This document shows, in pieces, positions 37,353-47,468 of a DNA stretch of 64,000 nt. Position numbers and translations under genes: made by a program. This DNA is from a bacterium. GTDB lineage: Bacteria; Patescibacteriota; Minisyncoccia; Phycocordibacterales; UBA5272. Where the stretch lies: positions 3,757-67,756 of the forward strand of contig JAHFNC010000004.1 in NCBI GenBank assembly GCA_023267535.1, given 5' to 3'. A model generated the notes under the pieces. The model was given only the letters and a program-made list of their open reading frames with translations. It was not told the origin of the DNA and made no database searches. The stretch's first letter is position 1; every line of letters begins with the position of its first letter.

Positions 37353-37418
37353 AACAAAAAAGTACACGACCTTTATGTGCTTTAGTTTTTCTGTTTATTA
37401 AGTTACAATATTCATATT

Positions 37419-38420
37419 ATGTCTAATTCATCTAATAAAAAAGTTCTAGTTTCTGGTATAAAACCAACTGGCCGACTTCACTTCGGAAATTATTTTGGAG
37501 CAATGAAGCAGAATATAGAACTTGGAAATAGTGGTGAATACGAAAGCTATGTATTCATTGCTGACTATCATGCTTTAACAACAGTTAAAAATGGTGATGA
37601 ATTGAGAAAACAAACTATTGAGGCGGTGGCCTCATATCTTGCTTGTGGTCTTGATACAACTAAAGTTATTTTATTTAAGCAATCAGATGTCAGAGAAGTG
37701 ACCGAACTTACTTGGATATTTAATAACTTGGTAACGGTTCCTTACATGATGAGAGCTCACGCTTTCAAAGACCAAGAAGCTAGAAGTAAAGATGTTAATG
37801 TTGGATTATTTGATTATCCAGTTCTAATGGCATCAGATATTTTAATTTATGATGCTGATATTGTGCCGGTTGGAGCGGACCAAAAGCAACATATTGAATA
37901 CGCTCGTGACATCGCTGGGTATTATAACCGTGCCTATAACATTGAAGAATTTAAATTACCAAAAGAATTAATAATGGCCGGAGTAGAAAATGTTCCTGGT
38001 ATTGATGGACAAAAAATGAGTAAGAGTTATAACAATCATATTGAACTTTTTTGCTCTGATGATGAATTAAAAAAGAGAGTTATGAGTATTGTTACAGATA
38101 GCGCCACACCTGAAGACAAAAAGAATCCCGATGAAAATAATATTTACAAAATTCATAAACTTTTTTTGAATAAAGAAGCAGATGAGGTGTTGCGTTCTAA
38201 ATTTTCAAATGGCGGATACAGTTACAAGGAAGCTAAAGAAGAATTACTAGCAACAATAATGAAATGGAGAGAAGGGAAGCTAGAAAAATATAATCACCTT
38301 GTGGATAACTTTTCAGAATTAAATTCACTACTTGAGAAGAATGGAGGGGTTGCTTGCGAAAAAGCAAAAATTAAAATGGAGAAAATTAGAAAAACAGTAG
38401 GATTAACAAATACTTTTTAG
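37419..38420 (+). CDS. trpS: tryptophanyl-tRNA synthetase
   Basis: 'GIKPTGRLHFGNYFGA', 'KMSKS'. Confidence 0.9.
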   Translation: MSNSSNKKVLVSGIKPTGRLHFGNYFGAMKQNIELGNSGEYESYVFIADYHALTTVKNGDELRKQTIEAVASYLACGLDTTKVILFKQSDVREVTELTWIFNNLVTVPYMMRAHAFKDQEARSKDVNVGLFDYPVLMASDILIYDADIVPVGADQKQHIEYARDIAGYYNRAYNIEEFKLPKELIMAGVENVPGIDGQKMSKSYNNHIELFCSDDELKKRVMSIVTDSATPEDKKNPDENNIYKIHKLFLNKEADEVLRSKFSNGGYSYKEAKEELLATIMKWREGKLEKYNHLVDNFSELNSLLEKNGGVACEKAKIKMEKIRKTVGLTNTF

Positions 38421-38446
38421 TAAAATAAATTAAAACGAATTTGAAA

Positions 38447-38477
38447 TAAAACAAGACAAGAGATGTCTTGTTTTTTC
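38447..38477 (+). terminator. rho-independent terminator after trpS
   Basis: ACAAGACA-AGAGA-TGTCTTGT plus TTTTTT. Confidence 0.6.
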
Positions 38478-38552
38478 TTTTTGTCAAAATTGTGATTATA
38501 ATTTTTTTGTAATAGACTTTTAACAGCAGTTGATCTTTTGTGGAGATGTTAA

Positions 38553-38810
38553 ATGAATGAACTTCAAAAAAATGGAAATCGTTTACCTTCTTGTGCCGGA
38601 GTCTTTCTAGCCAAGGACCAAAACGGAAATACTTTCGAATTGGAAGTTGTCTGGAGACCAAACGGTATCCCGAAACAAAAAGGTCTCTTCGTTCTCTTTC
38701 CAGGGAAAACCAGTAACGACGACCAATTTGTTCCAGTCACTGGTACTGAGTATGACTTCCTGGCAAAAATAGGAGACATAAGAACGGATTACTTTGAAGC
38801 TTACGGTTGA
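38553..38810 (+). CDS. small hypothetical protein (GC-richer orphan)
   Basis: 85 aa; own terminator at 38812-38855 (GCGCGAAAGCAGGT…ACTTGCTTTCGCGC plus T-run). Confidence 0.35.
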   Translation: MNELQKNGNRLPSCAGVFLAKDQNGNTFELEVVWRPNGIPKQKGLFVLFPGKTSNDDQFVPVTGTEYDFLAKIGDIRTDYFEAYG

Positions 38811-38884
38811 GGCGCGAAAGCAGGTTACAAACTTGCTTTCGCGCTTTTCTTTTTAATTAAATCAAAATTTGGTAGTATATATAA

Positions 38885-40291
38885 ATGCGAATTTATATAA
38901 AAGATTTAAATAAATATATTGGACAAGAGGTCAAGATATCGGCTTGGGTTGATGTTAGACGAGATCAAGGAAAAATGATTTTCGTCGATTTAAGAGACTC
39001 AACTGGTAAAGTTCAAGGTGTGATTCTTCCGTCACACGAAAAAGCCCTTCTGGTTGGCGAAAAAATACGTACAGAGTGGGTTTTAAACGTAACTGGTCAA
39101 GTAAACCAAAGACCAGAAAAAAACAGGAAATCAGAGGTTTTAAACGGAGATATCGAACTTGAAATTTTAGACATTGAAATTCTAAACGAGGCCGATACTC
39201 CAGCTTTTGATATTTCCACCGATGGTTATGAAGTAAATGAAGATGCTCGTTTTAGAAAGAAGTATCTTGATAATCGCCGTGCTCGTATACAAAGAAATAT
39301 TACAATGCGTCACAAGGTAAATTTATTTATTCGTGAATATTTAGACAAGGAAAACTTTTTAGAAATAGAAACACCGCTTTTAACTAATCCAACACCCGAA
39401 GGATCAAGAAGCTATATTGTTCCATCAAGAATTTATCCTGGCGAATTTTATGCACTTCCACAGTCGCCACAACAATACAAACAACTTTTAATGTCTTCTG
39501 GTTTTGATAGATATTTCCAAATTGCCAGATGTATGCGCGACGAAGACACGAGAGGTGATAGACAACCAGAATTTACTCAAATGGACATGGAGATGAGTTT
39601 TGTGACTCGTGAAGATGTTATGAAAGTAAACGAAGACCTTCTTATAAAATTAGTTACCGAATTATTCCCAGAGAAAAAAATTCAAACTGTGCCATTTCCA
39701 GTTTTCTCATACAAAGAGGTAATGGAAAAATACGGTACTGATAAGCCAGACTTGAGAGAAGATAAAGAAGATAAAAATTTATTAGCTTTCTGTTGGGTTA
39801 TTGATTTCCCAGCATTTGAAAGAACGGGGGAAGATAATGTTGACGGAACAGGAGAGTGGACATTCACTCATAATCCATTCACTGGTGTAAAAGATGATTT
39901 TATTTCTGATTTGAGAGAAAAGAAAAATATTGAAAATATTATTTCTACACAATACGACATTGCAATGAATGGTTATGAAATTGGTGGTGGAGGAATCAGG
40001 TTACACAAAGCGGAAGATTTAAAAAAAGTTTTTGAAATAATGGGGTATAGCGACGAAAGAATAGAGACAAATTTCGGACAAATGCTTATGGCCTTCAATG
40101 AAGGAACTCCACCGCACGGAGGTATTGCTTGGGGATTAGACAGATTACTGATGATATTACTTAATGAACCAAACATCCGTGAAGTTATGGCCTTTCCAAA
40201 AACAGGAGAGGGTAAAGACTTATTAATGCAAGCACCGTCAAAACCAGCAGATAAGGTGTTAAAGGAATTGAAGATTAGTATTAATAAATAA
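38885..40291 (+). CDS. aspS: aspartyl-tRNA synthetase (short, archaeal/non-discriminating type)
   Basis: N-terminal OB fold; class II motifs 'FYALPQSPQQYKQLLM', 'GGGIRLH', 'PPHGGIAWGLDRL'. Confidence 0.9.
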   Translation: MRIYIKDLNKYIGQEVKISAWVDVRRDQGKMIFVDLRDSTGKVQGVILPSHEKALLVGEKIRTEWVLNVTGQVNQRPEKNRKSEVLNGDIELEILDIEILNEADTPAFDISTDGYEVNEDARFRKKYLDNRRARIQRNITMRHKVNLFIREYLDKENFLEIETPLLTNPTPEGSRSYIVPSRIYPGEFYALPQSPQQYKQLLMSSGFDRYFQIARCMRDEDTRGDRQPEFTQMDMEMSFVTREDVMKVNEDLLIKLVTELFPEKKIQTVPFPVFSYKEVMEKYGTDKPDLREDKEDKNLLAFCWVIDFPAFERTGEDNVDGTGEWTFTHNPFTGVKDDFISDLREKKNIENIISTQYDIAMNGYEIGGGGIRLHKAEDLKKVFEIMGYSDERIETNFGQMLMAFNEGTPPHGGIAWGLDRLLMILLNEPNIREVMAFPKTGEGKDLLMQAPSKPADKVLKELKISINK

Positions 40292-40306
40292 AAGTTAACA
40301 AACAAA

Positions 40307-40335
40307 AATAGCGTGACGCAATGCGTAACGCTATT
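40307..40335. terminator. bidirectional terminator
   Basis: AATAGCGT-GACGCAATGCGTA-ACGCTATT flanked by an A-run and a T-run. Confidence 0.55.
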
Positions 40336-40352
40336 ATTTTTGTGAGCGATGA

Positions 40353-40565
40353 CTAAGAATCAAAATCTATTTCATCGCCACAATCCAATACTGGAATTCC
40401 GAAGTTGCAATCGCCACAAAGGGGCTCATTGCTTTCTGACCTGTAATTCATTTCTCTGTCGATGATGTCTAGCGGTTTACCACATCTTGAACATTTTACC
40501 GCTTTTGATAGGGAAAAGATTGGTTGTTGTGTTGTCTTTTTGAATGAAGATGCGCCAAGACCCAT
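40353..40565 (-). CDS. small zinc-ribbon protein
   Basis: 70 aa with CxxC…CxxC. Confidence 0.35.
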   Translation of the reverse strand: MGLGASSFKKTTQQPIFSLSKAVKCSRCGKPLDIIDREMNYRSESNEPLCGDCNFGIPVLDCGDEIDFDS

Positions 40566-40673
40566 GATTACCCCCTATGTGACTTATTTGACTACTAAGA
40601 ACAATTTCTGTCAATATTATATACCTTTCCATTTAATTTGTCATCATTAAATTTATGTTAAAATATATATATT

Positions 40674-41801
40674 ATGTTTCGTAAAAATTTATTACTTCTA
40701 ACATTTTTAATATCAATGTTTAGTTTCGCTTCCGCGGCAACTTTTGATAAAGCAATATGGATTCCTTATTGGGGAAAAACAGGTGGGGCGTCATCTACTC
40801 TTCCTAATTTATCTTCAATTACTCAAATCAGTCCTTTTTCTTTCGAATTACAAACTGATGGAACATTAAAAAATGCTTTAAAAATAGAGGAGGCTCCTTG
40901 GCCTGATTTAATCGCTCAAGCAAAAAAGAAAGGAATAAAAATTTATCCAAGTATTTTATCTTATCCACATAACGATAAAGAAAAACAAATTCAATATTTA
41001 CTACTTGCTCAAAAAGCAAAACGTATCGCTCACGAAAAAGCAATTGTTGCTTTAGTTAAAAAATATAAGTTCGATGGAATAGACATAGACTACGAAGCAA
41101 AGATTGCTGAAACTAAACCATATTTCTCGGCCTTCTTAACAGAACTAGGAAAATTACTTCACGCCAGTAATAAAAAATTAATTTGCACCGTGGAAGCTAG
41201 AACTCCGCCGGAAAGTAGATATGCCACAACTTCCACTCAAGTATTATCAAAAGTGGAATACGCAAATGACTACAAAGTGATTGGAAAGGTTTGTGACCAA
41301 GTTCGCATTATGACTTATGACCAATTAAATGATGACGCTTCACTTGTGCAAGATAACTCTGCTTATCTTTATAGACCAGTATCTGATATAACTTGGGTTA
41401 AAAAAGTTTTAACTTTAGCATTAGAAGATATACCTGCTAAGAAAATACTAGTCGGTGTTGCAACTTATGGTTATAAGTATGAAATAATTTCTGGAACAGC
41501 CACTAGCACTAGATATATTCGTATTGGTTCTATGAATTTTATTTATGCTGATCAATTAGCAAAATCAATCGGAATAACTCCAACCAGAAATACAGCCGGG
41601 GAATTATCTTTTAATTATGCCACGACAACTGATTACTCTGGACAATCTTTGGGTGGTTGGAAACAGTACATGGTTTGGTATTCAGACGCTCAAGCCATTG
41701 CTGATAAAATAAAAATCGCAAAATTATATAAATTGGGAGGGGTGGCTATATTTAAAATAGACGGCTCGCAAGATGAAAATATTTGGAAAGTAATAAAATA
41801 G
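40674..41801 (+). CDS. secreted glycoside hydrolase family 18 (chitinase-like) domain protein
   Basis: Signal peptide; GH18 catalytic motif 'FDGIDIDYE'. Confidence 0.7.
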   Translation: MFRKNLLLLTFLISMFSFASAATFDKAIWIPYWGKTGGASSTLPNLSSITQISPFSFELQTDGTLKNALKIEEAPWPDLIAQAKKKGIKIYPSILSYPHNDKEKQIQYLLLAQKAKRIAHEKAIVALVKKYKFDGIDIDYEAKIAETKPYFSAFLTELGKLLHASNKKLICTVEARTPPESRYATTSTQVLSKVEYANDYKVIGKVCDQVRIMTYDQLNDDASLVQDNSAYLYRPVSDITWVKKVLTLALEDIPAKKILVGVATYGYKYEIISGTATSTRYIRIGSMNFIYADQLAKSIGITPTRNTAGELSFNYATTTDYSGQSLGGWKQYMVWYSDAQAIADKIKIAKLYKLGGVAIFKIDGSQDENIWKVIK

Positions 41802-41855
41802 CCTTCTTATAACTGTGAATAATAATATCTTTTAAAGGTGTTAAAATAAGAATAC

Positions 41856-42701
41856 ATGGAATTTACTGTAAAATTGGATCGCTTTGAAGGTCCATATACA
41901 AAACTGCTTGAGCTAATAGAAGCAAAAAAATTATCTATAACTGAAATCAGTTTGGTTTCTGTGGCTGATGATTATATTAACTATATAAAAGCAATCGAAA
42001 ATGAGAGCTTAAATGTTTTTGATGTCTCTCAGTTTATTGTGGTGGCTTCGACTTTGATTTTAATGAAAGCAAAATCACTTTTACCGAATATAAGCTACAC
42101 CGAAGATGAAGAAAAAGAAATTCATACCTTAGAAGAAAAATTAGAACTTTTCTCAATATTAAAAAGAGCTTCAAAAAATGTTGCCGGCATTTTTATGAAA
42201 ACTCCAATGTACGGAAGAGAAAGAATAAAATATAAAGGAAAGCCAGTTTTTGTTCCTGATAATCACATTACAGTAAATAATTTAAAATCTATCGCTATTC
42301 TCACTATTGCTTCCTTTAAGCCAAGAGAACAACTGAAAGAAATAGTAGTTAAACAAAAAGTCCGTATAGAAGAAGTTATAGAAAACCTTATGAAGAGAAT
42401 AGAGGAAGCCAAGGACTCTTCTTTCTTAAAAATAATTCACGGTGTCACACATTCCTTTGAAGATAAAAAGAAAATGCTAATAGTTAATTTTTTGGCATTA
42501 CTTGAACTTATTAGGACTGGTCAGGTTGATGCTAATCAAGATGAAAAAACTAATGACATAACATTAGACATAAATAATAAAAGTCTAGAAGCAAAAACAA
42601 TTGATGATTCTTTAGAAGAATTACTGAAACCTACCGAAACGCCAACAGTTACTCCGGTGATTCCAGTGATTAATGACGACCCTAATAATATGATAAAATA
42701 A
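41856..42701 (+). CDS. scpA: segregation and condensation protein A
   Basis: 'KLDRFEGPYTKLLELIEAKKLSITEISLVSVADDYINY'. Confidence 0.8.
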   Translation: MEFTVKLDRFEGPYTKLLELIEAKKLSITEISLVSVADDYINYIKAIENESLNVFDVSQFIVVASTLILMKAKSLLPNISYTEDEEKEIHTLEEKLELFSILKRASKNVAGIFMKTPMYGRERIKYKGKPVFVPDNHITVNNLKSIAILTIASFKPREQLKEIVVKQKVRIEEVIENLMKRIEEAKDSSFLKIIHGVTHSFEDKKKMLIVNFLALLELIRTGQVDANQDEKTNDITLDINNKSLEAKTIDDSLEELLKPTETPTVTPVIPVINDDPNNMIK

Positions 42702-42705
42702 AAAT

Positions 42706-43218
42706 ATGTTACAAAAATTAATGACAATCTTGTTTCTATCTGGAGACGAAATATCGATTGATAATCTTGCTAAGCTTTGCGAAGTATCTGTTGTAGATAT
42801 GGAATCAGCTTTTTCTGAGTTGAAAATGTATTTAAATGAAGGAGGTCTTGATTTATTGATTAACAAAGGAATGGTTTCAATCGCCACCAAAGCAGAACAG
42901 GCAAAAATTGTTCAAAATTTCTGGGTAGGGGAATTAAGTGGCGAATTAAGTCCTGCCACACTTCAAGTTTTAACATTAGTTGCTTACTTAGGATCACCAA
43001 CTCAAAAAGATATATCTTTTATTCGCGGGGTCCAATCATCTCAATCTATCAGAACACTTTCTGTACGTGGAATGGTTACAAAGCAAGGAGAAATATGTAC
43101 AATAACAACTGACGCTTTAAAATATCTTGGCGTTACTAGAATAGAAGACTTGCCAGATTTTGCAAACATAAACAAGGATTTAAAGCAGAAACTAGAATTA
43201 CTTTATAAGGAACAGTAA
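42706..43218 (+). CDS. scpB: segregation and condensation protein B
   Basis: Tandem winged-helix; 'LQVLTLVAYLGSPTQKDISFIRG'. Confidence 0.8.
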   Translation: MLQKLMTILFLSGDEISIDNLAKLCEVSVVDMESAFSELKMYLNEGGLDLLINKGMVSIATKAEQAKIVQNFWVGELSGELSPATLQVLTLVAYLGSPTQKDISFIRGVQSSQSIRTLSVRGMVTKQGEICTITTDALKYLGVTRIEDLPDFANINKDLKQKLELLYKEQ

Positions 43219-44153
43219 TGATTAAGCATTTCAAAAAAGATTTTGTATCAAATGTTTTGGTTTATATTTTAGCGACTATTTTTATATTAAGTCTTTCTTC
43301 TTTATCAAATAATTTTCAGAATGAGAAAGATTGGCTTAAGAAAAATAAACAAAAACTAAATCAAGATACTTTAAATTATAATACTACTCCATTTCAAAAT
43401 TTAGAAATAAAGGCGAAGGCCTTTGTTGTTTATGATTTAGTAGAAAATAAAGTTATTTTTGGTAAAAATGAAAAAAGAACTTTACCTTTGGCAAGTATTA
43501 CAAAAATAATGACCGCCTTAACGGCCTTAGCTAATGAAGATAAAGAAAAGCTCATAACCATAGGAAAAATAAATCCTGACGGAAGTTACGATTTGGGTCT
43601 TAAAAAAAATCAGATTTGGAAATTAGATGAACTCATTAAATACACACTTCTATTTTCTTCAAATGACGGAGCTCAGGTAATTGCAAATAATGATATTGGA
43701 GGATCTGATGAGTTTATAAAAAAAATGAACACCAAAGCAAAAGCTTTAGATTTAAACATGTACTTCACTCATCCGGCTGGTCTTGATTTAAATAATCAAA
43801 TTGGCGGACTTGGAAACGCCGTAGATGTTGCAAAATTAATGGGTTACGCGGTAAATGATTTTCCAGATATTTTAGAAACAACAACAAAGGCAAGAAATTC
43901 AGTAATTGCAAATAAAGAAATAATAAGAGGTATCCCCAACACAAATCAATCAGTAGACCAATTTGCTGGCATAGAAGCATCAAAAACTGGCTACACAGAC
44001 AGTGCTGGAGGAAACTTAGCCCTAGTCGTAGACGTCAGTTTGGGACGCCCTGTGGCTATTGTTGTTTTAGGTTCAACAAAAAACGAAAGATTTACTGATG
44101 CTGTAAAACTTTATAATGCTTTGAAAGAAAGCTTGATAGGGTCAGTAAAATAG
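43218..44153 (+). CDS. dacA: D-alanyl-D-alanine carboxypeptidase (S11, PBP5/6-like)
   Basis: SxxK 'SITK', 'SSN', 'KTG' motifs; N-terminal TM. Confidence 0.8.
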   Translation: MIKHFKKDFVSNVLVYILATIFILSLSSLSNNFQNEKDWLKKNKQKLNQDTLNYNTTPFQNLEIKAKAFVVYDLVENKVIFGKNEKRTLPLASITKIMTALTALANEDKEKLITIGKINPDGSYDLGLKKNQIWKLDELIKYTLLFSSNDGAQVIANNDIGGSDEFIKKMNTKAKALDLNMYFTHPAGLDLNNQIGGLGNAVDVAKLMGYAVNDFPDILETTTKARNSVIANKEIIRGIPNTNQSVDQFAGIEASKTGYTDSAGGNLALVVDVSLGRPVAIVVLGSTKNERFTDAVKLYNALKESLIGSVK

Positions 44154-44191
44154 CTGACATTTAGGAAATTTTCGTGTTATAATAAACACGT

Positions 44192-45262
44192 ATGTTTCTG
44201 TCTATTGACCCCCTAAAAGTCCTTCTTCCTGCTGTTGTTTCTTTCATCATTGGTGTATTGATTGCTCCAACAATTGCTAAATTTTTGGTTAAAAACAAAC
44301 TTTGGAAAAAGAAAAATGTATCAAAAACTATTGATGGAAAAGAGGCTACTATAACGGCCTCTCTTCATAATGATGTTGGAAATCCGATACCAAGAATGGG
44401 TGGAATCGTTGTTTGGGCTTCTGTTTTTATAACTACCCTCATCTTTTGGATTTTTGCGCACATTCATCCAACAGATTTATCTGAGAAACTTTACTTCATT
44501 TCTAGAAATCAAACATGGCTTCCTCTTGCTGCAATGTTAGTTGGTGCTATCGTTGGAGCAATAGATGATTTACTGGTAGTGGAGTGTTTTAATAAATCTG
44601 GTACATATATTGGTGGTGGATTATCTTTTCCAGTAAGATTTTTATCTGTATCACTACTTGGATTATTTGCTGGTTGGTGGTTTTATGCAAAACTAGAAGT
44701 AGACACTGTTCACATTCCATTTAATGGCGATATTCATTTGGGTGGAATTTTATTTATTTTATTTTTCATCTTGGTAACATTGGCCACATTTTCAACTGGA
44801 GTTATAGATGGAGTAGACGGACTCTCTGGTGGCGTCTTGTCATCAGTTTTTGCAGCTTATGGAATGATTGCGTTTGCTCATGGTCAAATTAACATTGCTG
44901 CTTTTTGTTTCGTAGTGGTTGGAGCAATACTTGCTTTTTTGTGGTTTAATATACCGCCAGCTTTATTTTATCTCTCAGAAACGGGAATGCTGGCCTTATC
45001 TTTAACGCTTTCTGTCATAGCTTTCTTAACTAATGCTGTTTTATATCTTTTAATAATTGCTTTACCACTTGTAGTAACAACCGTCTCTGTCATACTTCAG
45101 TTATTCTGGAAAAAGGTCTTTAAAAGAAAATTATTTTTAGTAGCACCACTTCATAATCATTTCCAAGCTAAAGGTTGGCCAGCATACAAAGTATCTATGC
45201 GTTACTGGCTTGTTTCTTATATATGTGCAATTTTTGGAGTCATAATTACTCTAATAAGTTAG
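44192..45262 (+). CDS. mraY: phospho-N-acetylmuramoyl-pentapeptide transferase
   Basis: Multi-TM; 'PRMGGIVV', 'IDDLLVV', 'APLHNHFQAKGW'. Confidence 0.85.
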   Translation: MFLSIDPLKVLLPAVVSFIIGVLIAPTIAKFLVKNKLWKKKNVSKTIDGKEATITASLHNDVGNPIPRMGGIVVWASVFITTLIFWIFAHIHPTDLSEKLYFISRNQTWLPLAAMLVGAIVGAIDDLLVVECFNKSGTYIGGGLSFPVRFLSVSLLGLFAGWWFYAKLEVDTVHIPFNGDIHLGGILFILFFILVTLATFSTGVIDGVDGLSGGVLSSVFAAYGMIAFAHGQINIAAFCFVVVGAILAFLWFNIPPALFYLSETGMLALSLTLSVIAFLTNAVLYLLIIALPLVVTTVSVILQLFWKKVFKRKLFLVAPLHNHFQAKGWPAYKVSMRYWLVSYICAIFGVIITLIS

Positions 45263-45263
45263 T

Positions 45264-46358
45264 ATGTTTTCTAAAATAGATAAAATATTACTTGTAACCA
45301 CAATCGTCACGCTATTTTTTGGATTAATTATTTTCGGCTCAGCTGCCTTAGGGGTGCTTGCAATAAATGAAGCGAAATTTTATTCGGTTATAAAGAGTCA
45401 ATTAATCTTTGCTTTAGTGATTGGAATAATTGCACTTTTTATTGGTGCCAGTATCCCTTATTCTTTTTACAAAAAATACGCCTACTATATTTTTATAGGA
45501 GCACTTATTTTTACTGCGCTTGTTTTTATTCCAAAGCTATCACAGTATCACGGTGGAGCTAGACGTTGGATAGATTTAGGAAGTATATCTATCCAACCGA
45601 GTGAATCACTGAAATTAGCTTTTACCATTTTCATGGCTTTTTGGTGTGTTAGATACAGAAATAAATTTAGAGATTGGAAATTTGGGTTACTTCCATATTT
45701 TGTTGGATTGGGACTTGTTTCCGTTGTTATGGTACTTCAAAAAGATTTTGGAACATTAGCTGTGATATTAATGTCATCATTTGCTGTCTTTTTTACAGGA
45801 GGAGCACGGCTGAAACACATTTTGATTATGATTGTTATCAGTGTCTTAGGTTTTTCCGCATTACTTTATGTAAGACCTTATATGATGGAAAGAATTAAAA
45901 CTTTTATAAACCCAAGCTATGATGACAGGGGAGCTTCGTGGCAATCAAATCAATCATTAATTGCTATTGGAGCCGGAGGACTGTTTGGTAGGGGACTTGG
46001 TCAGAGCATACAAAAGTTTACATATTTACCAGAACCAATAGGGGACTCAGTTTTTGCTGTCTTGGGAGAGGAATTAGGCTTGGCAGGTATAATAATAATT
46101 TTTATTCTTTATGGTATATTAGGATTTAGGGGGTATTTTATATCATTTAATTCAGAAGACTTTTTTGGTCTGCTTTTAGGTGTAGGAATAACAACTATAA
46201 TTTTATCTCAGGCATTGGTCAATATTTCGGCAATGCTTGGAGTTATACCTCTAACAGGAATTCCGCTTCCTTTTGTGTCTCACGGTGGAACAGCATTGGT
46301 CGCGTCACTTTTTGAAATTGGTATACTTTTAAATATTTCTAAAAAACAAAATATATGA
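45264..46358 (+). CDS. ftsW: SEDS-family peptidoglycan glycosyltransferase FtsW/RodA
   Basis: 10 TM; 'QPSESLKLAFTIFMA', 'GLGQSIQKFTYLPEPIGDSVFAVLGEELGLAG'. Confidence 0.85.
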   Translation: MFSKIDKILLVTTIVTLFFGLIIFGSAALGVLAINEAKFYSVIKSQLIFALVIGIIALFIGASIPYSFYKKYAYYIFIGALIFTALVFIPKLSQYHGGARRWIDLGSISIQPSESLKLAFTIFMAFWCVRYRNKFRDWKFGLLPYFVGLGLVSVVMVLQKDFGTLAVILMSSFAVFFTGGARLKHILIMIVISVLGFSALLYVRPYMMERIKTFINPSYDDRGASWQSNQSLIAIGAGGLFGRGLGQSIQKFTYLPEPIGDSVFAVLGEELGLAGIIIIFILYGILGFRGYFISFNSEDFFGLLLGVGITTIILSQALVNISAMLGVIPLTGIPLPFVSHGGTALVASLFEIGILLNISKKQNI

Positions 46359-47467
46359 AAATAGTTTTAACAGGTGCAGGAGGAGGACATTTTTACCCAT
46401 TGGTTGCAGTGGCTGATAGAATTCGTAAAGAAGTTTTCCTTCAAAAAATTGTTAGTCCAGAAATATATTTTTTGTCTGACGCTCCTTATGACGAAAGAGA
46501 ATTGTTTAATTCTCAAATAAAATTTATTCAAATACCAGCTGGGAAATTAAGACTTTACCCATCGCTAAAAACTTTTACAGATATATTTAAAACAGCTTAT
46601 GGATTATTTGTCGCTTTCAGAGAAATGTACAAGCTTTACCCAGACGTTGTTTTTGCTAAAGGTGGATATTCAAGTTTTCCTGTAGTTTTTGCTGCTAGAT
46701 TATTATCAATTCCAGTTTTCATACACGAAAGCGATACTGTAGCTGGCAGAACAACCAAGTGGGCCGGAAAATTTGCTGCCAGAGTTGCCGTTTCGTATGG
46801 AGAAGCCGCTAAATTTTTCCCGATGAAAAACTTAGCTCTTACTGGTCAACCAATAAGAACAAGATTGTTACCTCCGATTGATTTTGAAAGAAAATATCCA
46901 GAAGGAAAAGAAAGAAAAGTTATCTTAGTGTTAGGAGGGTCACAAGGAAGCCAAAGACTAAACGATGCTGTTTTTACGGCTCTTCCTGAAATTCTAGAAA
47001 AATATGACGTTGTTCATCAAGTGGGAACAAATAATTTTGAAGATGTAAAAAAACTTTCTGAGTCATTACTTAGAAACAATCCAAATAAAGATAGATATTT
47101 TGCTGATGGTTTTATAGATGTCGCTTTGTTTTATCCAAAAGCTGATTTAGTTATTACTCGTGCTGGTTCTGTTTTGTTTGAGCTGGCAATATGGCAATTA
47201 CCATCAATTGTGGTTCCAATACCAGAAACAATTAGTCGAGATCAAAGAAGTAATGCCTATGCATACACAGAAAAAGGAACTGGCGTAGTGTTAGAAGAAA
47301 ATAATATATCCAAAAGTGTTTTGATGTCCCAAATTAAACATTTTCTAGAAGACAAAAAAGTTTACGAAGAAACTATTAAAGCCTGTCATAAATTTGATGA
47401 TTCAAAATCAGCAGCTACAACAATTGCTAGAGAAATAATAAGTGTCGCTCTAAGCCATAACGATTAA
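46355..47467 (+). CDS. murG: UDP-GlcNAc:lipid I N-acetylglucosaminyltransferase
   Basis: 'LTGAGGGHFYP', 'GGSQGS'. Confidence 0.85.
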   Translation: MKIVLTGAGGGHFYPLVAVADRIRKEVFLQKIVSPEIYFLSDAPYDERELFNSQIKFIQIPAGKLRLYPSLKTFTDIFKTAYGLFVAFREMYKLYPDVVFAKGGYSSFPVVFAARLLSIPVFIHESDTVAGRTTKWAGKFAARVAVSYGEAAKFFPMKNLALTGQPIRTRLLPPIDFERKYPEGKERKVILVLGGSQGSQRLNDAVFTALPEILEKYDVVHQVGTNNFEDVKKLSESLLRNNPNKDRYFADGFIDVALFYPKADLVITRAGSVLFELAIWQLPSIVVPIPETISRDQRSNAYAYTEKGTGVVLEENNISKSVLMSQIKHFLEDKKVYEETIKACHKFDDSKSAATTIAREIISVALSHND

Positions 47468-47468
47468 T

